Source: a virus
Virus record (IMG/VR): IMGVR_UViG_3300045988_046609
DNA length: 64,000 nt
Direction: 5' to 3' (one strand)
In this document: piece by piece, positions 25,601 through 40,116 of the stretch
How the letters are laid out: every line of letters starts with the position of its first letter
How positions within the stretch are numbered: the stretch's first letter is position 1
Translations under genes and position numbers: made by a program
Notes under the pieces: model-generated
The model's database searches: none
What the model was told of the DNA's origin: nothing
What the model saw: only the letters and a program-made list of their open reading frames with translations

Positions 25601-28600
25601 ATTCTCCTAGAGAAAGACAGATCGTATACGATGATTATGTAAAACATCATCCTGAATATAAGAATGCTTCTATAAATGAAGTAGAGGAAGCTATGGCAGA
25701 AGACTTCCGTAGCTGGGCTATTGTTCAGAATGCTAAGTGGTATAATCTTGGTTACTAGACTATTAAGCTATTTAGAGCCATAAAAGACTTTGTTAAGTCT
25801 ATGTTCAATATATCTGATAGTCTCTATACTACTATATATAAAGGTATAAACAAGGGAAGATATTCTCAATATGAACTGAACTCTGTATCTATGGAGGAAT
25901 TCCATAAGGCATTTACAGACAATGGTACATTCTTCTCTATACCGGGAGTACCTCAAGACAGATTGAAGAACATGCCTTCTATCATTAATCCAGATGTATT
26001 TTATAATGTATTAGACTCACTTACTAGTACATTGTTATCTGTGTTTAATGTTAGACAAGCATCTGATATATCTAAGTTAACAGAGAATCTAGATTATATT
26101 CCTTCTATTATAGAGGGAAATATGATGGCTGGTCTTACTCCTGAAGAGAATGAACAACTTATTGAAGAAGTACTTGATAACTGGGATATCTTCAGAAAAG
26201 AAATGGCAGAGCAACTATCTACTTTGAATATCAAAGCTGAAGAAGTAGAAGTAGATAAAAATGGTGATACAGAAGGGCAGAATAATAATGAGAGATACGA
26301 TAGAGTTGCTTTTGAATTTTCAAAGAAGCTCAACATGTCTTTCAACGCTAAGCTATTCTTTTATTCTATTCCTAAGATGGAATATGATAAGAATAAGGAA
26401 CTAGTGCCTGTAGTAGATCCTATCTTTGGACTCAATATGACTGAATCCTTTGATGTGTCTTGGAATAAAATAATGGAAAACCTATGGGATATCGAAAGAT
26501 GGGAAGATCTAGAATCTAGATGTTTAAGACTTGGTAATGCCGATCCATTCTTTAAATCTCTATACAACTACATTAGCGGAGACAACAAACCCGATGAAAA
26601 CACTTGTACTCAAATTCTTACTACTATTAAAAGTGCTAAAAACGAAATGACTTCTATAGAATTTAAGGAAGCGTTCGAAAAAGCAAACAGTAGAATACAA
26701 GATGAAGATTTAGTATTGGATGTAAAAACATCAATGAGAGCTAAAGCTGGTAAATGGCGAATCCTAGATTCCTCTTTACTTAGACTATAGAACAAATATC
26801 CTAGACAATGGGGTAAACTATTCTATGTGTCCGGTATGATAGACAAGAGTAATCCTAATAAGTTTGAAATAGACTAGGACAAACTTGAGGATTTGAATGT
26901 CGACTTTATGCTGATAAAAGAGAAGATAGACGAAATAGCTGCTCCATTTACTTCTAAGAGACCTAAAGCCATTACATTCACAGAAGATGATATCCGCAAG
27001 GCTAGTGTTACAGCAAAAGAGGAATTAGTGAACTGGTTGAACGGAATAGGTATAGACGTAGATATTAAGTCTATAGACTACTTATTATACGGCATGAAGT
27101 CAATAAATCCTAAACTACCTACTATTGAAGGGTTCGATAAAATGTACACCTTGCTTAATGACTCTAGTAAAGGAAATATTCGTAATCAGATATTAGGTAA
27201 TTTAGATGCACTATCTAAAGGAGAAACAAAACTATTAAAGCTAAATAATCCGTTCCCTGTAACAGAAGACAGTTTTATATAGAAACTAGCTATTGCTCAT
27301 GGTAAATCTCACCCAAATCCCTCTGAATTTAGTGTAACTGGTCCCAATAATACTACAGTATACCCAATAACCTAGAATAATTATATGTCTGATAGAATTA
27401 GATGGTTTAATACAGATCCTTCAGAAGTATCAAAAACTAGGAAGGCTGTGTATAATCGCCACTCTATACTGTTGCAGGCACTAGAAGACGGATCTAAATT
27501 AAGTTTAAGTACCTTTATTGCAGTTCGTAACGAAGATAATAGAACTAGTAGAGATTACTTCTAGATATCTCCGGTAGAAGACTATATATCTAAAATGGTA
27601 CTTGCTCATAATGATAGAATACTACTACCTACTATGGCGGATAAGAAGACATGGTATTCTATTAGTGGAGTTAAATTGTTCCACGATATGTTGTCTAAAT
27701 CTAGATTGACTGAAAGACAGACAGATACGGGTATACAGGTTCAATATGTTGATGATCAGATGTATCATTATTCTGATGATACACTACAGACATTTGCAGA
27801 TTATTTCCTTGATGAATTTAATGCTATAGAACAGTATTACGCAGATAAATCACAAGTAGAATAGAATCCTAATCTTGCTATTGATAATTACCACGGTAAA
27901 ATAAAGAATGGTAAGATGGATAATATGGGTAATGGAGGGTATTTCAGATATTTCTCTTCCATCAGAATGAGAGGAGAAGATGGAAACTATAAATACGTTC
28001 CTTTGAACCAGATGATTTATGCTTGGTCAAAATTTGATTATGATAATAATCAAAATCAAATGCCAACCAGACTTAAACAACTTAAAAATACTTTGTTTAG
28101 TAATAGAGAAGCATTATTCGATATGATAAATGCAACTCTACAAGATAAGGTATAGGAAGAACTTGATTTCTTAGTGGATAAAGGTATAATCAAAAAGTAT
28201 GCCAATGGTGAATATGAGAACTTGTTAATACCATCTAACATGCTAGACGATTATCATGAACGTTCTCGTTCACTTCCTAATGGAGATTCTTCTAAGAGAA
28301 GTAAGCCTGCTGCACTTTATTCATTAATTGCAAACCATGTAGCTAACTAGATGGTTTCTATCATAGAAGTAGAAAAAGCGTTTGTTGGAGATCCGGCTTA
28401 CTATAAATGGAAACGCGATAAGAAACAACCATGGATAATAGTAGAAAGATCTGTAGACAAAATTAAACGTCTTGGTTCTGTATTGTCTACTGGAGATAAC
28501 CTTAGAACTTATTGGGGAGACGGAGATCCTAGAAATAACTCTAAGTTCACAGTATTACATATGAGTGACAATGAGGTAGGATCCATCAAATTTGACGAGT

Positions 28601-31600
28601 ACAAAAAGATGTTTACTGCTGCTGAAGTAATGAAACATATTCAAAGAACTAACCCAAATATAGACCAGAAACGACTGGTTAATATGGTTAGTAAAGAGAA
28701 TATTAACAACACTATGAAAACTCTTAATGCTAAAGTAAAGAAATCTATAGAGGATTCAGTAGCTAGACAGATTGCTGCATATGGTATTGATGAAAACGGT
28801 AGAGGTAGGATAAACCAAGCCGATGCTGCTGTGTACATTAGACCTGCATTGTATAAGAGAATTGTTCAAGCAGTAGGAGAATGGTCACCAGAAGTAGAAA
28901 GAGCGTTCGATCTATTAGAAAGTTCTGATGAATCATGGTTGTCAGATCCTAAATTATACGCACAAGCTATAGAGACTCTTATCAAACCATTGAAGATGGT
29001 ATACTTTGGTAATCATGAACTTACTAAGTTAGGATTGAATGTACCAGTGTTTGACAAGATGGCTATTTTCCCGATGTTCAGAGTGATGGCAAAAGCAGAT
29101 AACTATCATCTGTATAACCGTATGAACAATGAAGAATTAGGTGCTATTGATATGCTTACTTTTGAATCCGCTGTTAAAGTAGGTGGTAGAAAGAAATTCA
29201 AACCATACAAAGATGCATAGAACAGTAGATTTAACTTAGAAGATCTGAATAAACCGTCTACTTCTATAGTAAATGGTGAAACTAACTTCGAAGGTTTAGA
29301 TTCTGGCAATTCTAAGTTGCCTACGTATATTCAAGATTTGCGTAATCTTAGATTACAGATGAATACAGATCCACACGAACATACTGATAGATCGTTAGGT
29401 ACTCAGTTTGCTAAAGTAGCACTAAGTAACTTGGTTAAGAGTAGACCGTATGGATTAAATAAAGGGGTAGAATATACTGGTAGGTAGATTATAGATAATG
29501 TGTTTAATTCTATTAATAGATTATCTGATCTAGGAGCATAGAAGATGTATGATGAATTTACCGATGATGGAACATTATCTACTAGAAAGTTGTCTAACTT
29601 CTTAATACGTCAAGCTAAAGATAGTGGATTATCTAGAGATGTAATATCTTCCTTTGAGATAGATGAATCTACTGGTCAAATGCGTGTTCCTCTGTCAGCA
29701 CAGAGTAATAGAAGATTTGTTGAAAGTAGAATTATATCACAAGTAGGAAAGAGAGCTATTGATATTAATACTCCGGGTGGTTCTGCTATCCAGCACGCGT
29801 TCTTTGGATTTAAGAATACAACTATAACAGATCAAGAATCTGTAGGTAGAGCATTCAACGATGGTAAAGATCTGAGTCCTTTGAATGAAGATGGTAGTAT
29901 GGACTGTATGCTTAGTACCAACTTCTTCAGACATGTAGTACCTGCTTCAGTAAGAAAACAAGGTTATACAGCTATCAGAGAATGGTTAATAAAGAAGAAT
30001 ATAATTGGTCAGAATGCTAAGCCATATGCATTAGGTTATCGTATTCCAACGCAGGGTTTATCATCTACCGCATCTCTTAAAGTAACAGATGTACTTCCAG
30101 AGTCTATGGGTGATGTTATTATAGTTCCTAATGACTTTACTGCAATGACTGGTTCTGACTTTGATATTGACAAGTTGTATATAGTTACTGGTTACTATGA
30201 TAAAGATGGTAATTACTTAGAATGTAATTGGGATGATATAGATAGTAACTCTGAACAGCAATTAGTAAACGGATTAATTGATATGTATCGTATTGCTATA
30301 TCTGACGATACTAACATAGATCAAACTAAAGCTCCTCTCGATAATCTTACTGAAAAAGTAAAATCAAACATTCTTCCACTAGTAATGGGTACTGCCAAGA
30401 ATGAAGCTAAACCAATGTACGAGTTACTTCCTTCTTATCAGTTATTTAAAAAGTTTGAATATACTGGTGGTAAAGACGGTATTGCTCCGTTTGCTCTAGC
30501 TTCTACTAATCATGCACTTACTCAAGCACTGAATCTTAAAATGGATTTAGGTGAAGTAGCCGATTTATACGACTTAGGTAATATAAATGATATAACTTCT
30601 CAGGATGGTGAAAGAATACTTGACTGGCTATCTGCCATGATTAACGCTCACGTAGACGTTGCTAAAGATCCTTACATCATTAACTTGAATGTTAACTCTG
30701 TTACTTACAGTATGACTGAATTCTTGCTTAGAACAGGTAAGGGAGAAGCTACATTCTACTTCTTATCACAGCCTATTTTGAAAGATTTTGCTAACATGAT
30801 TATCAAATTGAACGGTCAATATGGTGTAGATCCTCAAGACGTTTCTTATAGCCAGTTAATAGATGATACGTTATCTAGTTTAAAGAAACAGTATATGAGA
30901 GAGTTTGCTAACTTTGTTGACTCACAATCTGATGAAAATGTTAAAAGGAGATTAAATCAAGAATGGGCAGGTCTGTTGGATTTTGAAAATAGTCCAGATA
31001 CTCCTAGACGTGCAGTAGATGTAGAGTTACTTAAAAAAGCACTTACTTCTAATATAGAGGGAAATAGAGATTTAAACTTCTATCTACAACAAGTATTAGT
31101 TGCTACAGCCTATCAAGACATGTTACCATATGCAGAAAGACTAACAAAATTAGTTAGATTATCGCAAATTGATACTAAGAAATATGGTAATACTCTAGCT
31201 CAGTAGGCTAACTATAGTAAATCAGTATTTGATTTTATCAGGAACGATGGTGAATTATTCTATCAAACTGATGATAAAGATGTAAAGATAGAAGATGAAA
31301 ATCAAAACGCTCTGCTTAACTATTACTCTAATAGCTTCTTAATGAAGAAACTAAAAAATGCGGTAGATATTCCTAGGTTTATATTACATCAAGATTTTAT
31401 TCAAGCTACTGATATGTATAGTGGTTTGTTCAATAATATGATAAACTCTATGGTAGGAGAACGAAGTGGAATAAACAAACAATTAGCCATGAAGTTGGAT
31501 TCCATTGTAGATAGTGTAATCAGAGCTAGAATTGCTAATAGCACTCCAGCTATGCATTTAGAGTAGGGAGAACTAAAGGAAATGGTAATGGGTAATAGAA

Positions 31601-32994
31601 CTGTTCCTAAGAGGTTGCATCAACTTAAGTATGCTATATATAGAAATATAAATGGTAGATACGATAACTTGCTTAATGGAGATGGATCAATAAGTAATGC
31701 TTTCTTAAATTACCTAATTCCAACTCTAGCTACAGACAGTACAGAAGGTGGCATTGATGCAATGTCTTTACTTAATAGTTCTATGGCTAACAGCTCTAAT
31801 TTCGAAAATAGATTGATTGCATACTTTAGTGACTTGATGTCCAGTGAAGATGCAGCTGTAAGACAATTTGCAAATAGATTAGCATTGTATGCTTACTATA
31901 CATCTTATGACAATAAGGCTCCAAATACGTTCTCACATTTGATATCTAGTCAGTTTAGAATTGATTCAGGTTATGCAGATAACATAAGACAAGCTATAGG
32001 TGATATGAATACTGGACAATGGTTAGGAAATGTGTTTAATGAAACTATAGACGAACCTACGTTAAGCTCATATCCTTCTATCGCATTAAATATTGCTAGA
32101 AACAATGCTCAGGATTCTGAAGTAGTTAAGAATGTAGTTAAACCTAAATCCAATAGATATAATAGTAAGTCGTTTATATATGCTCCATCCCCATGGACCG
32201 ATGGTACAGGTACATACCTTATGTCATTCAGTACTAAACCTAGAAAAGACGAAAGAGATTTCTTATCTATTGATTATCCCGTTTACGGAAAGAGAAATAC
32301 TGTATTATATGTCAAAATAGGTAGACTTGAAGTATACGATAAAGAGAAAGGTAAAAAACTAGGATAGGCTGGACAGACAATATACGCTGCTGTACCTAGA
32401 TTAGGAATACAGTCTGGATCAAATACAGTAAATGAGTATTATAAAGACGCTTATTCTCTATCTGACTTTGATGAAAATAATATAAGCGTGTTATCCTACA
32501 AGTATTTAAATGACTTCTTTAATGATCAATCTAAATATAAGATGTGGGTTAAAGGAGTAGACAGCAAAAATATAGATATATCACTTATACCAAGCCAATA
32601 TTTCAATGAATAGTTCAATGCTCATGGATTAGACAGATTAACAGAAGATGTAGATCTATCAGAGAATTCTGCTGATAACATTATCAGTCAAGAAGTAAAT
32701 GACGAGAAGCCTACTCAACAGAGTGAGAAACCTAAATCTAAAGCAATGGAAACTAAAGAGTTAGATAGAGATATAGCAGCAGAAGCAGGTTTGTTAGATA
32801 AAGGTAATTTAATGACTAAAGTAAACCAACAATTACTAATGACAGAAGCAATGATGGAAGCAGTTCCTTATGAAGATCCTAATGCTGGAGCAGAATCATC
32901 TGGTGAAGATATATCAGACATGTTTACTTCTGAAGATGATCTTAATGAGGATAATTTCTCAGACGATGCTTATAATAACTGTAAAGGTAAATAA
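19609..32994 (+). CDS. giant virion protein, 4461 codons, crAss-type virion RNA polymerase polyprotein (TAG read as sense)
   Basis: All 18 ORF-track fragments from 20257 to 32746 are in frame 1. I read every gap by hand and found 39 in-frame TAG and no TAA/TGA until 32992-32994. Contains GSDFDIDK (DFDID at 30157-30171) and HEAWH (25567-25581). Confidence 0.8.
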
Positions 32995-32996
32995 TT

Positions 32997-35900
32997 ATGG
33001 CAAAAGGAATATGTCCAAACTTAAGTGATCCGCAGATTAAAGCGGAGTTTGATGAAATGGTAGCTGCTCTTGGTGAAAAACAAGCATATGCTATCTGGGA
33101 TATGAATAATGGTTATAGTTTAGATAAGGCTCCGAACGGGGAGCCTTCTGTACTATTCGAAACTCTGTTAGAACATAATAACTAGAATAGAGTAAATGCA
33201 TTATAGGCTAAAGCTAAAGTATATACTAATAGTTTTAAAGCTTGGTTTGGTGACTGGGTCAATCCAAATGCAAAAGATGTATCCAAAGTAGTGGATAAGA
33301 ATGGTGAACCTTTGGTAGTATATCATTACTCAGAGCAATAGATAGAGGAATTTAAAGAAAGTTTTCCGGAAAACTATTTCGCTAAACATAAAGGAGGTAC
33401 AGATAGGGCTATCTTTTTTACAGATAATTCAAATCCAAAAGGTTCTTTTCTTGCAGATAGACCTTATAATAATCCAGTCTATCTGTCTTTAAAAGATGTT
33501 AGAGAAAAACATGGCACTAAGGATAATCTAAGAGAATCTGGAGAAGGTTTTGTGGATACTGTTAATAATGCTTTAGCAGATGAAAGAGACGGAGCCATAT
33601 TTAAAGAATTTGATGACAATCAACTTTAGAATCAAAATGTATTTGTAGCTTTATCTCCTAGATTAATTAAATCTATAGACAATAGTGGATCGTTCAATCC
33701 AAGGTCTGCGAATATATTTGATAAACAAGACTCTCCACTTCAACAACAGTCTATGTCTCAGATAGATGAAGCTATGAAGAGATTTAGAGCTGAACGATAC
33801 GATTTTGATAAGACATTAGATACGTTAAGACAACTAATAACTAATGCTGTACAAGCACGTATTAAGTCTATTCAGAATCGTAAGATAGCTAACAAGACTG
33901 CTTTATTAGTTCCTTTAGAGCAATAGCTATCTGCCCTCAAGAATCCGAATATCGACTCATTACAGACCATAGTATACTGTTTATCGGATATAAAGAGAAC
34001 TATGACTCGTCCAGTTAATGCCATACTTACTGCTCAAAAGAATCTTAGAGAAGGTAGGGATAGTGGATTTAGTAATCTAGCACTAATACAACTTCAATAG
34101 GATTATTTTGGTATGTATAATAACGTGCTAGAGGAAATTGCTAGAAATGTATTTGATTCTGACATTTATAAAGACATACTTGGAGCATAGAGTTTCGATC
34201 AGATGAAGACTATGATATCCAATATGCGTACTCAATTTGCAGCAGCTAGACAAGGACTTATTGAACTTACTACGGATTTAGCATAGAAGACTATGTTAAA
34301 GTATGGTATTAAAGATGAACAAAGTAGAACAGAATTGGAATAGTATGTAGGAGAGGATCTTATTACTACTGAAAATGATGTTAGTTCTCTAATGAGATGG
34401 ATAGGGTCTGGAGATAAGATGAACGATAAGGCTGCTAGAGTTATGTTCGATATGATAGCAAACACTAATAATAAGACTCGTTTCGCCACTCATAAGTTCG
34501 GTAATAAACTATTACGTTTACAGAAACAGATATCTCTGGGAGATCAAATGAGATTGTTCGAGTATGATTCGGATGGTAAAAAGACTGGTTACTTCATTAG
34601 AGATAGAAAGTATGGAGAGTTTCTTAATAATCTTGAGAAAGAACGTAAACGCTTAAAGACTAAATATAATGTTCCAGAAGGATAGAATATGCCTTTGGAG
34701 AAAGAAGCTAGAACTGCTTTCAATAAGGAGATGAATGACTGGTTGAGTAAACATTGCGAACGTAGATATACTAAGAAATATTATGATGCATTTAATTCAC
34801 TTAGTCAAGAAGCCAGAGATGCTCGAGACGCAATACAATTTAAGATATACAAACTACTGGATGATGTAAGAGATAGTAGAGGAAAAGTACATCTTGAAAA
34901 TCTAGACGCTAAACAATGGGCACAATATGAGAACTATAACATATAGAAGAAGCAGTTGATGTCCATGTACTATGAAGACGGTACTCCTAAAACTGATTTA
35001 GATAAGCAGGTAGCAGAAGAACTTACTGAATTAAACAAGATGCTTCATGAGGGAATGCATTATGTTACCAATGAATAGAAGTTCAACGAAGCTAAACGTG
35101 AAGCAAAGGAAAATCTTACTCCAGAACAGTATGAAGCATGGAAGAAGAGATATACCAGAGTATAGATTAGTGATAAATTCTATAAACAACTATCTTAGAT
35201 AGAGAAGAAAGAATACGGAGATAGGTACATTGAGTTAAAGAAGATAAGAGAAGAGCTTACTAAACCGTATAGAAATGAGTATACTGGAGGTATTGATGTA
35301 CAGTATATGTCATCTACTCTACTGCATACTTTAAATAGTTTGGATAGAGAAATGCGTAAAGAGAGAAAGAACGCTCGTAAATCCAAATCTAAGAAAGAAG
35401 AAGAGTCTATAGAGGGACTTAAATTCGAAGACATTGCAGAATCAGTGCCTACTGAACAATATAAAAGAGATAAGTAGGCAGCTGTAAACAGAGGTATAGA
35501 GTTCTATGAACTATGGGAAAATCAGCATCATATCAAATACTACATAGGTGAGAAAGAAGTAATAGTTCCAAAATGGTACTATACTAAGATAGTTCCAAAG
35601 GATGAAAGACTTATAAACTATGAAGCACCTACTAGAGAGTTTAGTGAAATAGATCCTAATTCAGAGTATTTCAATAGTAAATTCGATGTAAATATTGACG
35701 AGTACTATCAACCTAAAGAATCTCTTTACAAGAATAAAGAGTATGATAATTTATTTAAAGTAAAGAAGGATAAGAACGGTAATGAAGTAGCTACTAGAAA
35801 TATACCTCTGTGGAACTTATATAAAGAGTTACTCAATGGTATGGAAACATCTAATGATAAACTTACTTTCTTGACCAGAAATAATCCATATAAGTTACCA

Positions 35901-37703
35901 CAAATGAGTGGTAGTATGTATCAATATGCTAAAGGAGATGGTATTATAAAAGGATTCTTACAATATACCAGACAAGGTATAGTAAAAGACGTAGATGATG
36001 TAGGTTACGTTGATGCTCCTACAAGTAGACCAGATGGATCTGCTTAGAGAATGATTCCTACTTATTATATAAACAAGTTAGACGATCCTAATAAGATTAC
36101 AAATGACTTAGTTGGTTCTGTTATAGCTTACTTCAAGATGGCTGAAAACTTCAAGAATAAGACAGAGATACAACCAGACCTAGAAGTAATAAAGATGTAG
36201 ATGGCTAATCGTGTATATACTGGAAAACCTATAGGATTAGATGCTCTCAAAAGAAAGATATTTAAGCAGAGTGATAAGAAAGTAGGTGCTGATACTAATA
36301 CTTATAAGTTTATAAGTAGGTTTATGGATATGCAATTATATGGAGAAGAATCTAAATCTATACTTAAGAAATTTGCAGAGGATAGTAAGATAGGTAAATT
36401 CTTTGGATTAGCAGGTAAAGAAGTAAACTTCTCTAAAGTAATCCACAGTATTAAGAACTATGGTCAATTACTTGGATTAGGTCTCAACTTAGCTGTTGGA
36501 GCTACAGGTATGGCTACAGCTTTTTTGGCTCAGCTAGGTATGGCCGCTAATGGTAGATATTTCGATTTTTCTTCTTTTTCCAAGGCATATTTCAATATGG
36601 TAAGTAACTTGTTTGGTATAGTATAGTATGCAAAAGATACTACCACTAACAACAAGTATGTGGCATTGATGCAGAGATTCGAAATAGGCACAGAATTCTA
36701 GAATGCTTTTAGAAACTCTAATAGAATTGGTATAATAAACACGATAAGTAGGAACTGGGCGTTCGGAATTTTTTCATTTTCTGATTTTGTAATCAAAGGT
36801 ACTATACTAAATTCGATTATGAATAACTATAGATACTACAATGGAAGATTCTATAATAGTCAATAGTTCAATTAGTTATTCTCTAACAAAGAAGATGCAA
36901 AAAACATCTGGAGGACTCTATAGAGTACTTATGATATAATTGAAATAGAAAATGGAAATATTGTAATTAGAGATAAAGCATAGGCTAAAGCTTTTGCTGA
37001 AGTATAGAATGAAATTAGTAATAGTGCTAGATCTCTTTCTGCTACAGCTGATGGGCAATTAACAGAAGAACAGAAAGCACAATTCGCTTCTAACGCTTTT
37101 GGTTCTCTTATAATGATGTTTCGTAATTATATACCGAATATTATTAGTGAAAGAATCACTATGAAAAAATAGTATGACTATAATTTAGGTATGGAACGTG
37201 AAGCTTTATTAAGAACTATAGGTAGAGTAGTACCTATGTTAATAAAGGATTGGAATAGTCGTAAACAACTAGATGCATCTGATATAGGAAATATTAGACA
37301 ATTTAGTTATGAAATGACTATGATTGCTTTATTATCATTTGTAGTTAAACCTTTATTAGTTGAAGTTGCTGATGATGATCGAGACAATTGGGTTAAAAAC
37401 TTCTTAGCTCTTCTAGTAACTAGAACTGGATTTGAGTACGGTAACCAATATAATCCTCTAGACTTACTTAATACTATTACTTCAGTAAGTTCTATATTCG
37501 ACATTATGAACCCATTCACTAATCTTATATCACTTAGTGAAATGTGGGAAATTGCTGTTAATAATAAGAAAATTAAGTATGGAGCTTATAAGGGCGACAC
37601 AAAATTAGAAAGATGGTTATGGAAAATGACTCCATTTAAGAATGTCAAAGAAATTCAAGATCCCGCAATCAAACGAAAATATTACGAACAATTATACAAA
37701 TAA
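32997..37703 (+). CDS. large virion/ejected protein, 1568 codons (TAG read as sense)
   Basis: Fragments 34392, 34689, 35841, 36201 and 37191 are in frame 0. Most gaps (33181-33730 and 34921-37191) were read by hand and the rest scanned less strictly: about 25 in-frame TAG, no TAA/TGA seen. The N-terminal VVDKNGEPLVVYHYS...AIFFTD segment is reminiscent of polyvalent-protein ART-like domains (weak). Confidence 0.7.
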
Positions 37704-37707
37704 AAAT

Positions 37708-37733
37708 AAAGGCTACTATTTCTAGTAGCCTTT
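37708..37733. terminator. bidirectional terminator at the convergence of the two gene blocks
   Basis: aaaggctacta / tagtagccttt form a perfect 11-bp stem with loop tttc, A/T-flanked on both sides. Confidence 0.8.
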
Positions 37734-37755
37734 ATCGTTTGAAGTGCCTTGGAGG

Positions 37756-38259
37756 TTAGCACTCTTCTGACATGTCTTCGAAGGGATCTTCGATAACATC
37801 ACCAAAAGGTATGACGGATTTTACTTCATGAAATTCATTAGTAAACAACACATTTGGTAGGTTAGTATGAATACCATTGAATAACTCAAGTGTTTTACTC
37901 ATTTCAGATTTACTTAGTTCTGCAGGTCCACCGCTGATTAGTATATCTCTACGAGTTTTAATTTCTTTAGGTAAAGTAAATACAGCTATTTCATACCATT
38001 GGTCATTTATTCGAATCTGACGTAGACTATGAAAATACTTATTCTTTCTTAGCTCGTATTGAAGATTTAACAATGCTTTTATTGTTGTTTCTCTATACAT
38101 CACAAATAAGTTATCACAGAAATAAGGTTCATCTGGATAATCTGTATATACATTTACAAGATTTTCGTTTACTAACTTCTTATTGTCTATCACTAAGTGC
38201 AACAAACAAGCTGTTGCTTCATTTAAGTTCTTCAGTTCCATTTCCTTCGTAATATTCAC
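37756..38259 (-). CDS. hypothetical protein
   Basis: 167-aa ORF, last gene of the minus block. TAA stop. Confidence 0.6.
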   Translation of the reverse strand: MNITKEMELKNLNEATACLLHLVIDNKKLVNENLVNVYTDYPDEPYFCDNLFVMYRETTIKALLNLQYELRKNKYFHSLRQIRINDQWYEIAVFTLPKEIKTRRDILISGGPAELSKSEMSKTLELFNGIHTNLPNVLFTNEFHEVKSVIPFGDVIEDPFEDMSEEC

Positions 38260-39193
38260 GAGTATGGTCCCAATTTCCCGTTTGATAGTGATATGAAATT
38301 TCTGTTAAAGCATTTGCTATTAGGTCTTTGCGGTCCAATAACTCTTTTTCATTTAACATATTAAATACTCTTACTCCGTTATTACCATTGCTTTGAATTG
38401 CAATAATGTATGCTTCTAAATCAAATTCCTCTATATTATATCCTAGATCAGACATATACCATGTAAGAGCTAAAATATAGAATGCAATTTGTCTATAGTA
38501 GTCATATTCTTCTACAGAATGCTTAAAATTATAAACATCTGCTGTAGTTTTTAAGTCTATAAGGATTATCTTCTTATTAACAAAATCAATTTTAACTCTA
38601 TCTAATAAGGACTTACAAGATACTCCTTGTTTTGTTGCTTCCCAGTTTATATGAAACTCATTATTACAGTCCCAACCAGGATTATTTGTAAGTAAATCTT
38701 TTGCTTTTTTATGATTATTAATATTCTCTTCTATTCGTTTAAGCATATTTAAATCAGCAAATGATATTACTGTAAATGTTTGATCTTTATCTAAAAATTC
38801 AATATACTCTGCAAACTTGAGTTGTAACTCTTTTGCTTTCTTTAACATGGCATCTTTAGACATATTATTGCCAGAGTATGCAGATTTATATGCATCTAGT
38901 AATTTATCTTCTTCTAATAATTCTGTAGAATGAAAATAACGTTCACAAAATGCAATCTGCTGTGCTGTTTTAGGCTTCTCATAGTCAATAATCATATAAT
39001 TATGCCAGAATTCATCTGGCTGAAGTAAGTACATGTGTATCATAGTACCTTTTTCAAGATACTTTCCACTTATACCTTCTTCTTTACCGTCAAGCATATC
39101 CTTGAGGTAACGTGGTCCTTTTTTCAAGAACCACCCTATTGCTGAATTTGATATTCGCGTGTTATCTTCATAATACGGAATTTCTATTTTCAT
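38219..39193 (-). CDS. PD-(D/E)XK family nuclease (RecB/Cas4-like exonuclease)
   Basis: IILIDLKTTADVYNFKHSVEEYDYYRQIAFY matches the D...D/ExK...Y..Q..Y layout of PDDEXK_1 nucleases. Confidence 0.6.
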   Translation of the reverse strand: MKIEIPYYEDNTRISNSAIGWFLKKGPRYLKDMLDGKEEGISGKYLEKGTMIHMYLLQPDEFWHNYMIIDYEKPKTAQQIAFCERYFHSTELLEEDKLLDAYKSAYSGNNMSKDAMLKKAKELQLKFAEYIEFLDKDQTFTVISFADLNMLKRIEENINNHKKAKDLLTNNPGWDCNNEFHINWEATKQGVSCKSLLDRVKIDFVNKKIILIDLKTTADVYNFKHSVEEYDYYRQIAFYILALTWYMSDLGYNIEEFDLEAYIIAIQSNGNNGVRVFNMLNEKELLDRKDLIANALTEISYHYQTGNWDHTREYYEGNGTEELK

Positions 39194-40065
39194 GCTGCTT
39201 CTTCTAATTCTACTTTAGGAGTATCTTCTTCCTCATCATAATCACTACAGAAACTTCCAGAAGTATCCCATTCATTATTGTCTTCTCCTAGAGCTTCTAT
39301 AAACTCTTTCTGCATATCAAGAAAAGTATTACACTCTTCTAGAGTAAGAGGTTTATTTCCATTTAGTTTAAAGTAGTCTCTTATAACAAGTTTTAAGTAC
39401 TCTATAAATTCAGTTTTTAATGTAATTTCTTCTTGTGTCATAAAATCTAATGTTACTATATTTAAATCCTTTTTAAAGTTATAACTATTATCTAATATAG
39501 AACAGTTATATTTTCTGTGATTTTTATTAGATACTCCTTCATGCCAATGTCCAAATAAATGAATTTTGGCTTTACCAAAAGTATAATGACCTAATGCATT
39601 ATTGTAATTAGGATTATCATGAGTAATTAGTATATCACATTTTGGTATCTTATTATATAGTTCATTATCTTGCAATTCAAATGCCCACCTTCCTTGCTGA
39701 AACAAAATAGGGTTTATCCATGGTGTTCCGTAGAAACTAATTCCTTTATAAGTATAAGACTCATCAATAAGCATTTCTACTTTATCATTAGTTATAGCTC
39801 TCATAAGTGCTTTAACTACTTCCCATGTTCCTTCAATATACATTCTTTCAAGATAGAAATCATGATTTCCAGGTACTATTATTACTTTATTGCACGGTAA
39901 ATTATTTATCCATTTAATAAAGTCTTCAGTAAACCATTTATCAGATTCTTTTATATCTCTCTGAATATTTAAAGGAACTATATCACCACAAATGCACAAT
40001 ACATCGCACTTAGGAATCTCATTATATAGATTCCCGTGTATATCACTAATTCCACATATTTTCAT
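39190..40065 (-). CDS. calcineurin-like metallophosphoesterase
   Basis: GISDIHGN, ICGDIV, VPGNHDF and GHWHE motifs in the canonical order. Confidence 0.8.
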   Translation of the reverse strand: MKICGISDIHGNLYNEIPKCDVLCICGDIVPLNIQRDIKESDKWFTEDFIKWINNLPCNKVIIVPGNHDFYLERMYIEGTWEVVKALMRAITNDKVEMLIDESYTYKGISFYGTPWINPILFQQGRWAFELQDNELYNKIPKCDILITHDNPNYNNALGHYTFGKAKIHLFGHWHEGVSNKNHRKYNCSILDNSYNFKKDLNIVTLDFMTQEEITLKTEFIEYLKLVIRDYFKLNGNKPLTLEECNTFLDMQKEFIEALGEDNNEWDTSGSFCSDYDEEEDTPKVELEEAA

Positions 40066-40116
40066 ATTGTAAGAATTTAGTAAGTTTATAAATAAGTATT
40101 GAATAAAATAGTATCA

